64,000 nucleotides of DNA from the human T2T-CHM13v2.0 reference genome, Homo sapiens, in assembly GCF_009914755.1 (NCBI RefSeq), contig NC_060927.1. One strand, 5' to 3'. Below are positions 28,509-43,759 of this stretch, piece by piece. The position numbers were made by a program, and so were the translations under genes. The first letter of the stretch is position 1; each line of letters begins with the position of its first letter. A model generated the notes under the pieces. It made no database searches. It was given only the letters and a program-made list of their open reading frames with translations, and had not been told where the DNA came from.

Positions 28509-29533
28509 CTAGAAGAGTTAAGAATAGACAAAGAAATGAAAAAAAAAAGGAGACATGAAAGTTTCAAATGGAAGTGTAATAGAAATCATAGGAGAGAGAA
28601 AAAGAAAGTAGTAGGAGGAAATATTTAAAGAAATAATGACTGAAGTTTTCCAGAATTAGAAAAATATGCAAGACCACTGATTTAAGCAGCTCACAGAGCA
28701 TTAACAGGTGACATTAAAGATCAAAACCTCCCATACCCATTAGAGTGAAATTTAAGATGATCAAAGCCAGAGAAAATTCTACAGCTTTCTAGAGGGGAAA
28801 ATTATGTCACCTACAAAGCAACAAGGATCTGCTCCATGACACATTTCTTAGAAGCCATGCTTAGAGCTGGGAGGCAATAGTGTAGTAAGTAAAGCGCTGA
28901 AGGGAGGACAAGTTTGAACCTATAATTTTGTATCAAAACTATTATGTTTAATCTATTTTACCTTGACTTGCTTTCAATTTTGCCTTCATTTCTGAGATGG
29001 TGTAATGTGTCCTTCCATCTTTTCCCTAAGTTCTGCCAACTCCTGCTTCATCTCCTCCTGTTATCAGATCATCTTGGCCCTGGACTCTTGCTTCTCTGCT
29101 CAGTGCTCTTGGTTTCAATAAATAGCTGTTCCATTCAGTTATAAACATTCATGACCAAACACTTAGTCACAAACTTTTGTCTACTTGATGGCAATGTTTT
29201 CCTGATAAGTGGTTTTAGTTTACAGTCATATTTTCCTATTTATTTCCCCTATTTCCTAAAAATATTTTAGTATAGATCCTCTGCTGATCTTTCTTGATGA
29301 CTCTTTTTTTGAAGCAGTTAAGGAAAGTTTTCTTAGATCAGCTATTTGCAGCAAGCTTGTAAGGAGGACTGGAATTTTCCTTAATATTTAGAGTTTTATG
29401 CATTAATTTGTTTGGTGTTCATTCTTCCACTTGGGAATAGGCACCTATGCTCTCTGTCTCTAAACACACAATCTATGTAAAGCCCATGGATCCTCTCCCC
29501 ATTGTTACAAACTAAGGATTTAAAACTTTTCCT

Positions 29534-29837
29534 GGCTGGGCATGGTAGCTCACACCTGAGATCCCAGCACATTGGGAGGCCAAGGCATGAGGATTGCTTG
29601 AGCCCAGGAGTTCAAAACCAGCCTGGGAAAGATGGTGAAACCCTGTCTCCACAAAAAAAAAAAAAAATCAAAAAAATTAGGTGGGCGTGGTTGTACACTC
29701 TTGTAATCTCAGCTATTCAGGAGGATGCCTTGAACCCAGGAGTTTGAGGTTACAGTGAGCTTTGATCATGTCACTGCACTCCAGCCTGGGCGACAGAGCG
29801 AGACCTCATCAATAAAAAAAATATAATAAAAAAAAAA
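29534..29837 (+). mobile_element. AluJ
   Basis: ggattgcttgagcccaggagttc; diverged dimer with A tail. Confidence 0.9.
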
Positions 29838-32800
29838 ACCCTTTTCACCTCTGGGTAAACCATTCTTCTTCGAGAAATTTAGTCTGCTAGCCTTTTCTGC
29901 TATCTGGAGTCTTAGCATCCACTGTTTCCTCTCCTATGCACTCCTGCTTGATAACTCCTGCTTTTTCAGTCCTTCTAGCTATTTTGCAGTTTGGTTTTAG
30001 AGCTCTCTCCTTGTTTCCCCTGCAGGTGGAGTTGTACTCTTCTTAGTTTCTGCAAAAGGGGGAAAAGGGGCCAATTTACATTACCATCTTCACATTAAGA
30101 ACCAGTGTAAATTATTTAATTTAAATGTGAGGGTAAAAGAAAAATGTTCAAGTCCTCAGAGTTACCATATAAAGACACTCTTCGAAATTAAAATAAGAAG
30201 AAAAATAAATATGGAGAGCACCCATGATATTAGTATGAAAGAAAGAAGGAAAGAAGGTAAAAAAGAAAGAGCAACCCAAAGCTAAAATTCTGTAAGATAC
30301 CAACGTGGTAGGAGGACATACCAAAGCCACGTGGCTAGTTCCTTTGGTGTTGCGATCTTTCCTCTTGGAAAATTTAGCCCTTTGAGCTGGAATGAGTCTT
30401 TGAGATCGTATCTCCTCATTTGGGAGGCACTGGGGCTCTAGGCCCTTCAAAGGCACACTGTCTTATTTGTCTTTAAATGCTCAGTATGTAGTACACGGCA
30501 GACAGCAATAAATTGTAAATGAATGAAGGTCACATAACACATAAAGACAGAATCACTAGGTCACCTGACTCTTGATCCACTGCTCCTGCTCTTCTAATGC
30601 ACCATGTTATTCAAGTGAATTTTCCCACCAACTTAAAATATCATTGCCTGTTTAAGTGTTTTATATTAATCAATAATATACCATGGCATTTCCTCAAATT
30701 TTGGCCAAAGATATAATACAAAACTATAATTTAAATTCTCATACCCTTTCTGGGTATGTTAGGAGTTGAGAGAAGTTGCTTTAAGTGTTTTGTCATCCAT
30801 TATTTTTAAAATCTGACCAGACAGATTTGTAGACTGGTTGGGATATGGGGAGGGGAGAGGTAGTGATGGTGGACTGAGTCTCTAGTGAAACAATGATCAC
30901 AAGCTTTGTGTTGGGGAGGGGTGATGTTAGAATATAGTTCACTGCTCCGAATTGTGAAGACCTATTTTTTCAAATGTGATTTACTGATTTGCTCTAGTTT
31001 TTGTCTCATCTTCAATTGCTCCATCACCCTATCCTAAGATGGCAAGTCTAATCATATTGACTGACCTAAAAAAAAGAAAGATTAATTTTCTCTTAATCCA
31101 TTGAGGCTCTAGGTTTGAAAATTATTTTTCCTTTACTACTTTCTTCTTGCCAAACGTCAAACAAACTACTACCCTCCAAGAAGGTCTGTTCTGCTTGTTT
31201 TGGAGCTCCTTACTTTTAAAATATTTGAATCTGGTCTCTTACCCCACTCTGGGCCTAGAGATCACAGCCAAGTGCAAAATAATCTGGAAAGGATGGTGGG
31301 ATGAAAATATGTACCTTGGCCGTGTGCTCCCTACTGAGCGGCTGACAACATTTCTTGTTATAGATTTGAACAAACGTGTAAGTCTCTTGCTCCAAAAGGG
31401 ACTGAGTTTTCCTCTTGGATAGTTGGTGTTCTTCTCCATGTCTTCTTGAGATTTCTGTGGAGAAATGAGCCCTCTTACCCTTGGGCTGAGCAGAAGATAA
31501 TGCTGGGGTCCTGGAAATGTCAGAGCTCACTTTGAATGCCAGTGTCGATGGGAGAAAAACCCGTCTACTTTAAAACAAGTTTTAGTAATGACTTTGGTGG
31601 AAATGGCCAAGTGACAGGTGGGGAAATTGTTTTACTAGCATTATGTCACATGCTAAACAGATTTTAAGAACACTGTGTGCCTTTAATAAAGCAAAAGTAA
31701 GAACTTAAGTGTCTATTATAGTACACACACATACATACACATAGACCAACTACATGTAATTAGTAATCATTATCATCCACTTAGTGTTTGTAGTTTGCAA
31801 AACATTTTCACATGTGATTTTATTTAATCCTCAGAACAAATCCCAAAGGGAATTCCTTATTATTAGACCATGCTAGTAGAGAGAGAATGGCACAGAGCTA
31901 GGTTCTGGTGACAGATTTGGAGCCCTAAAGTTTCCAGTGGTCATGAGACTGAGCTGTCATCAGGAAGACAACATAATGAAGAAAGGCAACTGAGAATCAC
32001 AACATCTGGTTAAGGTGTTAGGTGTGCGGCCTTAAGCAAGTATCTTTAAATATGTCTGATTTCAGTTTCCACATGATAATTTTCATATTTCATTATTCAT
32101 GGCCTCTAAAAGCAGACCTGGCTTCAAGGAGAACAAGCACTGAGAGTTTGTGGTAAACTTGAGCTCTTCCTTTAGAAGCAGCTGAGACCACTTATCTAGT
32201 TAGAACCTTAGTCTTCGAGGAAATGCTCATGTCTAGCTAGATGAAAATGGCCACCCATGACTTCCTGCCCCAGCTGCCCTAACATGGTGCCACTCAACAC
32301 CAAGAATGACAATGTGAATATTATTGGGAAACTAACTACAGCCCTAATATGATCTGCAGCGTGATGGCTAAGATAGCCAACTCAACCTTTGTCCATTTTA
32401 AAACTACTATAAGATTATAGAAAATGACAATCTAATGGTCGTCCGCCTGGATCAGATCACATCTGAAGTTCATTGCTGGATTTACATTTTAAGGGACTCA
32501 CTGACAAACCGGTGGACATCAGAAGAGGGCAAGCAAGATGGTGAGGACTCTTTAAATATTGTCATAAGTCACAGACTGTACAGTGCCCTGCAGTTTTCCA
32601 GTGCTTTGCTTACGTTCATCCCTCCCAAAAACTGGTGAGGCAGGCTGGTGGGATAGATTACTCTGCATTAGTGTCATGGTTAAAAAAAAAGTTTCTGTCC
32701 TAAATATTTAAGAATCTGTGGCTTCTCCACAGCACAAGCAGAAGTGTGCAAATGTTTGCCAGTAAGTGAATTTGGTTTCAGAAGTCAGTAACTGAATGAA

Positions 32801-35519
32801 GAATAAAAGGCACAGGGAGGCTAATGCTAGGAACTTAGATGTGTGTAATAAAACTATTAACAAGCTGTTTCATGAACTTAACACCAACAGAAAATCAAGT
32901 TATGCCTAGGTGATCATCTGCAGAGATTTAGTTAGGTCCAACAATAGTTATTAAGTACAAACTATATGATAGTCACCAAGGGTCATGAGGGCAGTTGAAA
33001 ATGAATCAATCCTGGTCCCTATCCTCAAGAAGAGTAGAGGGTAGGAAAGACAGATACGTAAACTGATAAAGACATCACTAGAAATATCTGCAAGGTACAG
33101 AAGTAGTACTGTGGATTTCAAGAATAAATAAAAATTTGTCAGGAGGAGCTTGGGCAAAAGGCCGTCCAGGTAAAAGGAATACCCCTGGTGTGCTTGGAAT
33201 CTTCCAGTAGTAGGTATCCAGTAGTATCACTGTAGAACAGTTCTTTTCTTTGGGTATAACAGTGAGATTATTTCTATAGTCCTTTCAAAAAGTTAACTTT
33301 TAAACCCTTCAGAAGTCTAAGATCTTATCATCTCTGGTAATTCTATGGGAGGGTTAGCTCAAGACAACAGCTTTAAATAAAATAGTGCCCGGTTCTCTAC
33401 AAGTGGTAATATTAATACATCCAGAAAAGTTAAGGGGCTTTGAATTGTGTGTGTTAAGGTATGCTATAGTCTTAGAACCCACATGTTTAAGCAATTCGGA
33501 GCAAAAGGAAATCTAGAACTAACATTGGAAAAATGATTAAGGGAGTGTTAACTTACAAATCAAACCCAACTTTCCCTAGTGGTTGCTTAAATTCTGGACC
33601 CTTAAACATTATTTTTGAGAAGGGGCCTGTTATCCTAGTAATTAAAACTTAAGCCAACGTTATCACTCTTTTTTCCCTTACCCTGCTTTATTTTTCTTCA
33701 CAGAACTGACTATATGTTCCTTTGCTTGTGTCCCACTGTATCATAAGCTCTTTAAGGACAGAATGTCTGTCCTGTTTATTGCTGTCTTCTCAGAGCCTAT
33801 AATAGTAACTGGCACATATTAGAGCTTTCATTTCATTCACTGAGTGAATGAATCTTTAGCTGAGGGAATGTGAGCACTAGTTACCTACCTGGTCAGCTGT
33901 GATGAAGCTGCATGCCCTTTTTACCTAAGCAGGTTTTACAATGCTGCCCTACTTTCCATGTAGTTGGAGCAGGCCTTTATCACTTTTAAGGCACTTGACA
34001 AGTAAAATGCCACCATCAGTGAAAATAAAGGTTTCTGAAAGATTTACTAAACTCCAGGGGTGGTGGGAATAAGGGAAGAACATGTGGTAAGTACTTCTTT
34101 GGTTCTTTAGCCCTGCCCCTAGGATCTCTACACTTGGTCCAATATCATCAGATTCTACCTTTTATCTTCAATGGTGTTCACAACTACTAAATTCATTGTA
34201 AAGGGTTGTATATTACCTCCACAGATCAAAGACCGTAAAATAGTGACAAAATGCTAGAGGATGGTTCTCACTCCATGCTCAATACTTATCTGGAGACACG
34301 AATTTCAGTGTGTCAGAGGTTAGGGATACTCTGGACATCTACTAATACGCTTTTTGCACTCTGGGACATCTGAAAGGGCTGAGAGGGCTGGGATCTGGGA
34401 CCAGCCTGACCCTTCTGAGACTACGATGAGGCAGTAATGCTGACTCCTGCTGAGATGATCTAAAGACGACGACTGAGAATGGACTCTCCTCGCCTTTTTA
34501 TTCTAATGAAGACAACTTCGAACTTAACTAAGAACTTGACTTTTCATTTTAGACATCGCTCAGTGTGTCTCAAACTGATTAAACTGAAAACCTTGGAGTC
34601 ATCTTTGATTTTTCTATCCTCTGTAGTTCCTATTTGGTCACCCAGCTGACTGAAAAATTTTCGTCAATTTGCCTCTCCTTTTTCACTTTTATTGCCAAAG
34701 GATTATGTCTGAACTACTGCAACAGCTTTCTAAATGGTCTCCAGTCTCTCCCTCCTCTAATCCTTCCTATTTACTATCACTCTATGACATTTTAAGAATA
34801 CCCAACTTCGCCTGGTAATCCTCAACTGAAAAAAAACAAAAAAACAAAAAACACCACCACCAGATCCCCAAATACTCCAATGACTTAATGTTTAATGGAT
34901 ACTCCTCAGCCTGGAGCTCAAGACATTCCACAACTGACCCAAATCTTCTAATTGTGTTTTCTTCATTTATTATTACCACCCCCTCCCCACCTCTATTTCA
35001 GTCAGGTTGGTCTACCACGGTACATCCTAATATACCAAATTCAACCAATCTCCACATTTTGATGATACTGACTTTCTAAGGGGGAAACATTTAAGGCTGT
35101 TCACAGGATTACCCAAATCCTATGTATTCATCCAAATGAAGTTCTCTTCTAGGTCCTCCTCTACTCTTGGCTTCCTTCTGTTCTAAAGTTCTATAAAACT
35201 CACTATGTATTCTATCCTTATTGCTAGGTTCATATTCCATCTTGAAATTTAACCAAATTATTGCATGTTCCTATTTCAAGTCATGTGCATGTCTTTTATC
35301 AAATACTAAGCTTCTGCTGAAGGTCCCTGAAGAAATTTCTAGTCTCATTTGTTTCTCGATCAAATTATTAGCCACTAATTAATTGAACACACAAGCGTTT
35401 AAAAATTTCCTTTGCATATAAGGATGGCTGTTCCATGTTAAGGGCCAAATAGGATTACCAGGTAATCTTAAGATTTTACTTTTGCATATGAATAACAGTT
35501 AAATATTTGGGAGTAGACA

Positions 35520-36886
35520 GATGACACAATTTTTTTCCTTTTTTATTATTTTTTATTTCTGAACTTATTTGTTAAAGAGTTGTGGCCTATTACCTCCAAA
35601 TAAGATGCCAATAAATTAATTCATGAATACTAAATAAAATTAAAGATGCTAATGGACTCTTGTGTGAAATAGTTTAGAATTCACTTAATAAATTTTTAGA
35701 CTTAAATCTCTATCTGGAAAATCTGAACATATCAAAGAGACTACAGCTGGCTCCTTCAAACGCTGTAGCACTAACACCTAAAAAAAAAAAAAAAACCACC
35801 AAAAAAACAAAAAACACGAGGAGGTTCTGGGATTAGGAGAACACTCTTTAATGATAAAGCCTGTCCAAGTACTAAGGACAATTAGAGTAGGCAGGTGACC
35901 TGTACAAAGTATTAGTGATAACACAACATTCAGCTTCCTAAGAGTTAAAACGTGCTGCTTACATGAAGGGAGATGATACTGAGCTAAGAAGTCCTGGTAT
36001 AGAGAAGCAGAGAGACCAACCTACTTCATATTATTTATAAAATAGAGAATATTCTCAGCTAACATGCTGGGAGAAAAAATTCTTCCAAAAAGGCAGAATT
36101 ACAATCAATGCCAAGATTTACAAATTCCATCATGTTTAAATATAAGGACAAAAATAAACATTTCTTATTTAAAAAAAACCCACAAATTTCCCCAACTATA
36201 GCTTATCTGTTAGCACTTCTTTATCAGTCTGACTATTCTTTAAAGGCCTTAAAACATGAATTTGGGATAAAAACAAATAAAAGTGCCCAAGTTTTAAGAA
36301 GCCATATGTTAACTTAGGATGTTATCTATATATTTTTTAGACCAATCAATGTTTTTTAAGAGGTGTAGATACTGGTAACTTTTCTCTTTAAATAAATGTT
36401 TATATATTTCACCAACAACACTGGCCTGTGGCACACAGCATGTTTAATAAAAACACATTGCTATTAAAAAAAAGTATATGTAAACAGAAAAAAAAAACCC
36501 TCTAGTTTCAACAGAAAAACTTACATCCAGAGATTCTTTTCCCATTATTTCTTAGGACAGCCACAGAACTATTTCAACCTGTACCCTTAATCCAGCAGAT
36601 ACATCTTAATAAAAGAACTCTAATTGCTAAGTACTGAAATAAAACATTACTTACAATAATTTCCTAGTTATCCACAACTTTCTTCTTGTAGCAATTGTGA
36701 ACTTAAGATGACTTGTTTTTATAAGCTCCTCAGTGTCAATATATCTCAACAATACATTTATTACTTGTACAATATATTACTTCACACATAATAACATAAA
36801 ACATCATTTCACTAAAGAAAAATACACATTCAATATAGCCAAGTTCTAGTTTTAAAAAGAAGCACCTGATGAATTTTCTTCTGAAT
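35520..36886 (-). other. CCDC14: CCDC14 3'UTR with several candidate poly(A) signals
   Basis: AU-rich unique sequence after the stop. Minus-strand AATAAA at 36757-36762, 35552-35557 and 35542-35547, ATTAAA at 36443-36448. The 3' end is approximate. Confidence 0.7.
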
Positions 36887-37826
36887 TCATTTCTCCAGAA
36901 GACCAGTCCTTAAAGACTTCTGGAGTCTAGCTATGTTGGCATCTAATGCCGCAAGGCCATTTCTGAAGTCTTGTTCATCACGAGAAGTGAACGTTGAAAA
37001 CGAAGAGATGCTCCAGTCAGACATCAAGTCAGAAGTGAAAACACTACCATCACAGACAGTATTGCCTTTCACTTGAAGGCTGTTGCTAAGACAACCTGAT
37101 GGGCCATGACATGCAGTTTGTTCCTCTGGCTCCTTGGTGGCAGCAGGGATCTTACCAATTGCTTCCTTTATTTTCTTGAGGAGCTGTGTGTCCTTCATAT
37201 CAGATGCTCTGGAAAGTTTTTCAGGTGCATCTTCTGCTTCCTTTGTTGAAGAGGAACAGATTACAGGTGTACACAGTTTATTTTCTTTTCCAGAGACAGC
37301 AAGTCCACTGTTGCTGACTAGCTGTGTTGTAGCTGCTCTTATTTGTGGCTGAGGGGATAGTCTCTTAGAAAGTGGTGATTTCTTTTCAGGAGTGCTTCTA
37401 GCAAAAGGAATGTAAATTGTATTATCCAAATTATGCTCATCTTCTATTAAAGCCATAGTTTCACTCCCTTCATCAGAATCCTGTTTTGAAAGGGCAGAAA
37501 TAATTCCAGGTGCAGATGCTTCCTCCATGCCCCTAGTGTTACTATTTTGAGGGCCTCTGGAGGACAGAACATTTTCATAGGTTTTGTCTGGCTCTATGGT
37601 TTCCTCATTTTTAATTGTAGAAAGTGGCTCTGAATGTGTAAAACTGTAATTTGTTTCTAACTTATTTAGATAGCTCATTATGGAAGTGTGAGCAGGAGCT
37701 GGGTCATGTTGAAGTTGTTTATCATGAATGTTCAAGAGTGATTTGGTAAGGTTATTCCCAGGCTTGCAGCGAGCACTGTCCACACTAAGATCGGAGAGAA
37801 GCTTTGCCATGCTAGTCTGTAAAGTT
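36887..37826 (-). CDS. CCDC14: CCDC14 last coding exon (C-terminal 312 aa plus stop)
   Basis: Long non-repeat ORF ending [34 protein letters not shown], recognised as the CCDC14 C-terminus. Acceptor ttcttaacag|A at 37827/37826 completes the phase-2 codon AG+A (Arg) from the upstream exon. Confidence 0.95.
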
Positions 37827-38104
37827 CTGTTAAGAAGAATCCAGAACACTAATTATTATTTTTTACCTGTTTCTTTAATTCACTTATCTATACCTCCATC
37901 TTTAAAAAAAGGATTTGAGAGAAGTGTCTGGTTCTTAATATGAAAACAAGCAACTAGAAGCACAAAATCACAGAACGTGCTTTGGCAAGAGCATATAATA
38001 ATTAAAATAACAATGATAAAATACATTGGTCTGTATCGAATCTATCACTATGTCTAAAAATAGAGGCTCAGAATTTTTTTTTAAGGTATGGAGATGTTTT
38101 ACTC

Positions 38105-38407
38105 TTTTTTTTTTTTTTTTTAATTGAGATAGAGTCTCATTCTGTCACCCAGGCTCGAGTACAGTGGAATGATCTCAGCTCACTGAAACTTCTGCCTCCC
38201 AGGTTCAAGTGATCCTCTTGCCTCAGCCTCCCGAGTAGCTGGGATTACAGGTGCGCATCACCACGCCTGGCTAATTTTTCTATTTTTAGTAGAGACAGGG
38301 TTTCACCATGTTGGCCAGGCTGGTCTTAAACTCCTGGCCTCAAGTGATCTGCCCGCCTCAGCCTCCCAAAGTTCTGGGATTACAGGTATAAGCCACCATA
38401 CCCAGCC
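38105..38407 (-). mobile_element. Alu (Sz/Jb-like)
   Basis: Antisense Alu; degenerate TSD gagatgKtttaYtct. Confidence 0.92.
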
Positions 38408-38570
38408 GAGATGGTTTATTCTTGAGCAGCACTAGGTTCATTCTTGAGCAGCACTACAAATTGAGCCCCAGAGTGAAAAACTGGCCTCACAAAGGTAGGC
38501 TAAGATACAAAGGGAAACACACTATTCATTTGTTATGGATTCTGCTAGGAATTATTTCCCTTCATTATAT

Positions 38571-38571
38571 A

Positions 38572-38612
<41 letters not shown>
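38571..38612. repeat. (TG)n microsatellite
   Basis: About 17 perfect TG units plus imperfect flank. Confidence 0.95.
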
Positions 38613-38614
<2 letters not shown>

Positions 38615-38714
38615 CACAATACTAGAAAAAAAGGATAGAGATAATTATCTGGCATAATAGGTATAAGCAACAGCTAGGTACCAGAAAGGTGTATAACGAA
38701 AACCACAGAAGGTT

Positions 38715-38885
38715 TGAAGTTAGAAATGGAATCAAATCCCAGTGCCATCATTAGCTGTGATCTTGGGCAAGTCATTTAACCTTTCTGAATCTCTAGTTCC
38801 TCAGCTGTAAAATGAAGATATTTCCGAACTACAATGAAGATTAAATAAGATAAAATAATAAGGTATAAAGTATTTAGCACGGTTT
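38715..38885 (+). mobile_element. MIR
   Basis: tagctgtgatcttgggcaagtcatttaacctttctgaatct...ctgtaaaatg. Confidence 0.8.
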
Positions 38886-38945
38886 CAGTCTAAGTGGGTG
38901 TTTGTTTGTTTGATGGCAGCCTTTATTAGTAGTCCTATTAAGGCC

Positions 38946-39253
38946 ATTTTTTATTTTTTTATTTTTTTGAGATGGAGTCTCACTCTATCACCCAGGCTGG
39001 AGTGCAGTGGGGCATGATCTCAGCTCACTGCAAGCTCTGCCTTCTGGGTTCATGCCATTCTCCTGCCTCAGCCTCTTGAGTAGCTGGGACTACAGGTGCC
39101 CTCCACCACGCAGGGCTAATTTTTCTGTATTTTTTAGTAGCGACGGGGTTTCACTGTGTTAGCCGGGATGGTCTCGATCTCCTGACCTCGTGATCCACCC
39201 GCCTCGGCCTCCCAAAGTGCTGGAATTACAGGCGTGAGCCACCACGCCCAGCC
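38946..39253 (-). mobile_element. AluY
   Basis: Y diagnostics; TSD taaRgccatttt. Confidence 0.93.
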
Positions 39254-39288
39254 TAAAGCCATTTTATACTAAGACTTTAGTCTATTTA

Positions 39289-39671
<383 letters not shown>

Positions 39672-42600
39672 TCAACAGGTAACTAACAAAAAAATACCAC
39701 TAGCCAATAAGCATGCTTTAAGAGTTCAACTTTTAATCAAATAAATTCAAAATTTAAAAATGATTTTTTTTTTTGCTTATCAAATTAGCATAGTAAAATA
39801 AGAATAATACCCACTGTTAGAGAAGCCTGGAGAGGCAGGTGCTACTGGTGGGAGTGTACAGTGGTATAACTCTTCTGGAGAGGAAACTGCCAATACATTT
39901 CAAAAGCCTTAAAACTTTGTGTGTCTCACACTCTTTGGCCCACCAATTTATACTTATAAAAATATCCTACTGGTCTACACAGAGGTTGTACCCAAAGATA
40001 TATTAATAAATATATTAGTTATAATATAAGATAGATGGACATATATATCTTTATCTTCAAAAAAGTGAACTGGTTCAGGTAAATTATGGTATAACTGCAT
40101 CATAGCTCCTAATTATAGTCATGTTGTAAAGCATATTTATTGATAGGAAAATGTTCATTACATAAGGTTATATTAAGAAAAGCAGGCCATAAATAATCTA
40201 GACTCAATATTTTTCTAAAAAGTAGTCACACACATAAACATAAAATGCTAAAAAGAAATCTCTATACTAAACAGTCAGTGGTGATTATATCTCTGTATAT
40301 AGGATAAATTATTTTCTCCTACAAAACTAAAAACAAATTTTTTCCAACTTGGCTTACACTGTCCTCTTAAACACACTGTATTTTGACTTCTAATTGTTCT
40401 TCAAATGGCAATGGCTCCTGCTATTTCTTCTAATATCTCTATTTTTAAAAAATGCCTCTTTCTAGGTTATGAGGAGAGTGACATCTCTTTTAATAAGTCT
40501 TAAAAATCTCCAGCAAGATGGTGGAATAAGAGTTTCCTGGCTCTGGTCCCCCTCATAGAAATCGAACTAGCTACTATCCACAGACAAGTACACCTTCATG
40601 AATATCCCAGAACTCAGGAGTGAGCTGAGACACTCTCTTGGATCACAGAACTGAGAAAAGCTGCATTACAGGGTTAAAAGGAACAGTTTCACCCCTTTCC
40701 AAGCCAGTTAAGTACCACACAGAGAGGAGTCCCCTGGGCCTACAGTTTCTACCACAGAAAAAGAAAGCTGGAGGTGAATACTCAACTTCCCTGGCATTCT
40801 GGGATGCTTCTCAGGAAGCCCACTTCTGTATTACCCCATTTGTTCCTACAGGGCTAGAACACTTGGGGTTAGCGGAAAACAAAAAAGAGGGATACAGCTC
40901 ATAGCGGCTACAGCACAGATCTTGGCAATGACTCTGCACTCCTGCCAATGGAAGCATCAGACCAGAGAGACCAGTCAATAGCACTGCTTTGCAGAAAGCA
41001 CAGTTGACAGGTGTGCCAGGGCCGAGTCCCTACCACTATCACACCCAAGCCTTCCCCAACCCTTAAGCAGAGTCTCAATTCTCTGCTTAAAGTTTTCCTA
41101 GGCCAGGAGGCAAGTATGCGGTGGCACCTAAGTGTTGAAGAGAGCATCTGGTCCCATAAGAACTGAGAGGGCGAGCGGTAACCCCATGCAGCCTCAGTAC
41201 TCTGCTTATGGCTTCCCCAGACCCAGAGGCAAGTGCACATTAGCATAAATCTGTGGAGGTCGGCATCTGGCCCTGCCAGACTTTAGTGTCCCTACCTAAC
41301 TTCACAGCTGTACATATAGTTTCCTGAGGCCAGGAGGCAAAACTGCATCCTTACATATCTGCAGAACACAGTTAACTGGCCCTGCTCAACCTTAGCAGTT
41401 AAGCAGTGACTCCATTCAGCTTTGAAGTCCAGCCTGAGGTTTTGCCCAGGCCCAGGCAGGGAGGCAAACCTGTGACTGCATACTGTGGAGGAATCTCCAG
41501 CCCTGCCTGTCACGAGTGGCTGGGCAGCAAACCCAGAAACACTGAAGCCCAGCCCGCAACCCTGCCCAATTAGATTCTAAACAGCAGTAGCACTCAGCCA
41601 GGGAATACAGCCTGCAACCCTGCCCAATCAAAGGTGATTGCAGAGCCCAGCTGGCAGCTCCACCTGACCTTGGAACCCAGTCAGTGGCCTCACTGGTTGA
41701 CGGAGCACAGCCATTGGTTTCACAAGATCATGGAGTACAGCCAATAGCTCCACTGACCTCAAAGCACAGGTAGCAGCCCAGTTAGAGAACCCAACAGCAA
41801 GGTCTGCCTGCCTATAGTCACTACCAGATGGCCAATCCAGAATCCCAGGCTAGACTAAATAGTGAAGGTCTATCCCCTTCACCTCAAGTGAGAGGTGGGG
41901 TAGGGCATAACACTTGCAAAACTGGAAGAGGTGGCCACTTCTTCAAGTGCATAGACACCAATGCAAGGATACAAGGATTATGAAGAATCAGAAAAATGAC
42001 ACCACTAAAAGAAATAAAGCACCAATAATGGACTCTAAAGAAATGAGAGACAAAGAATTGAGAATAATCTTCTCTTTAAAATGTTCAGGGAACTACAAGA
42101 AAATATAGATAAAAAATTAAATGAAATTTGGAAAATAATTAACAAACAAAACAATAAGTTTGACAAAGAAATAGAAACAAATTTTAAAAATCAAATAGAT
42201 ATCTTAGAGATAAAAAACACAGTATCTAAACTGAAAAATTCAATCAAATACTTCAATAGTATACTTGATCAAGCAGAGGAATTAGTGAGCCTGAAAAGAG
42301 GACATTTAAAATTATCCAGTCAGAAGAGGAAATAAATCAAGAATGAAAAAGAATGAAGAAAGCCTACAGGTATTATGAGATACCATCTGAGAAACAGGAG
42401 TGCCTGAAGGAGAAGAGAGAGAAAAATGACCAGAAAGCATATTTAGGAAAATAATGGCTGAAAATTCTCCAAATCTAGGGAAAGACACCAATATTCAGGT
42501 ACAGGACGCTCAGAGGTCTCCAATCCAATTTAACCCAAAGAGAAGTTCACCAAGACACACCATAACTGAACTGTTAAAATTCAAAGATAACTGTTAAAAT

Positions 42601-43759
42601 TCAAAGCAGTGACAGATAAGAAACATCACACACTAGGGAGCCTCAATATGGCTAACAGTGGACTTCTCAACAAAAACAACCTGTCAACCAAGAATACTTT
42701 ATCCAGCAAAACTGTCCAGAAATGAGGGAGAAATAAAAACTTTCCCAGACAAATGCTAAGGGAGTTCATCCTCAGTAGGCCTATCTTACAAGAATTGCTA
42801 AAACAAGTTCTTTAAGCTGAAGTAAAAGATCACTAATTAATACCATGAAACACATGCAATTATAAAACTCAATGGTATAACACATAATCATATTCTGAAT
42901 ACTCTAGTACCTTAATGGTGGTATGTAAAGCGATTTTATCCTAATATGAGGGTTAAAAGACAAAACTATTAAAAACAACTATAGTTACAGGATATAAATT
43001 AGAAAAAGATGTAAATTTTGAAATCAAAATCATAAAATGTGTAAGAGGGGAGTAAAAGTGTAGTTTTTGTATGTGATTAAAGTTATTATCAGCTTAAAAT
43101 AGCCTAAGTATAAGATGTTTTATGTAAACCTCAGGGTAACCACAAAGCAAAAACCTACAGAATTTGCACAAAACATGAAAAGGATTCAAAGCATACCATT
43201 ACAGAAAACCATCAAACCACAAAGGAAGGCAACAGAGGGAGAAAAAAAGGATCTACAAAACAATTACAAAATAAATTACAAAATGGCAGTAGCAAGTCCT
43301 TGCCTATCAACAATTACCTTGAATGTAAATAGAGTAAATTCTCTAATCAAAAGACAGAGTGGGTGAATGAATCAAAAACTGTATGCTGCTTACACGAGGC
43401 TCACTCTAAGGTAAAGCACACACATAGACGGAAAGTGAAGAGATGGAAAAATATATTCCATAGGAAAGGAAACGAAGAAAGCAGGGGTAGCTATACTCAT
43501 ATCAGACAAAACAGACTTTAAGTCAAAAACTGTAAAAAGAAGCAAAGAAGGTCACTATATAATGATAAAGGCATCAATCTGCAATTGTAAGAATATATGC
43601 ACCCAACATTGGAGCAACTAAATAATAAAGCAACTATTAAATGATCTGAAGGGAGAGACAGACTGAGTGGGGGATTTCAGTACCCGGCTCTCAACACTGT
43701 ACAGATCTTTTAGATAGAAAATCAATAAGGAAACATTGGTCTCAAATTACACTTTAGAC

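Noticed and set aside
30000-35500. Alu-free intergenic stretch as a hidden gene or enhancer
   Set aside because: No convincing ORF, exon chain or motif cluster visible, and it includes L2/MIR remnants; conservation data would be needed.
37827-37849. ORF-track N-terminus MFWILLN
   Set aside because: It is the intronic polypyrimidine tract and acceptor; the exon starts at 37826.
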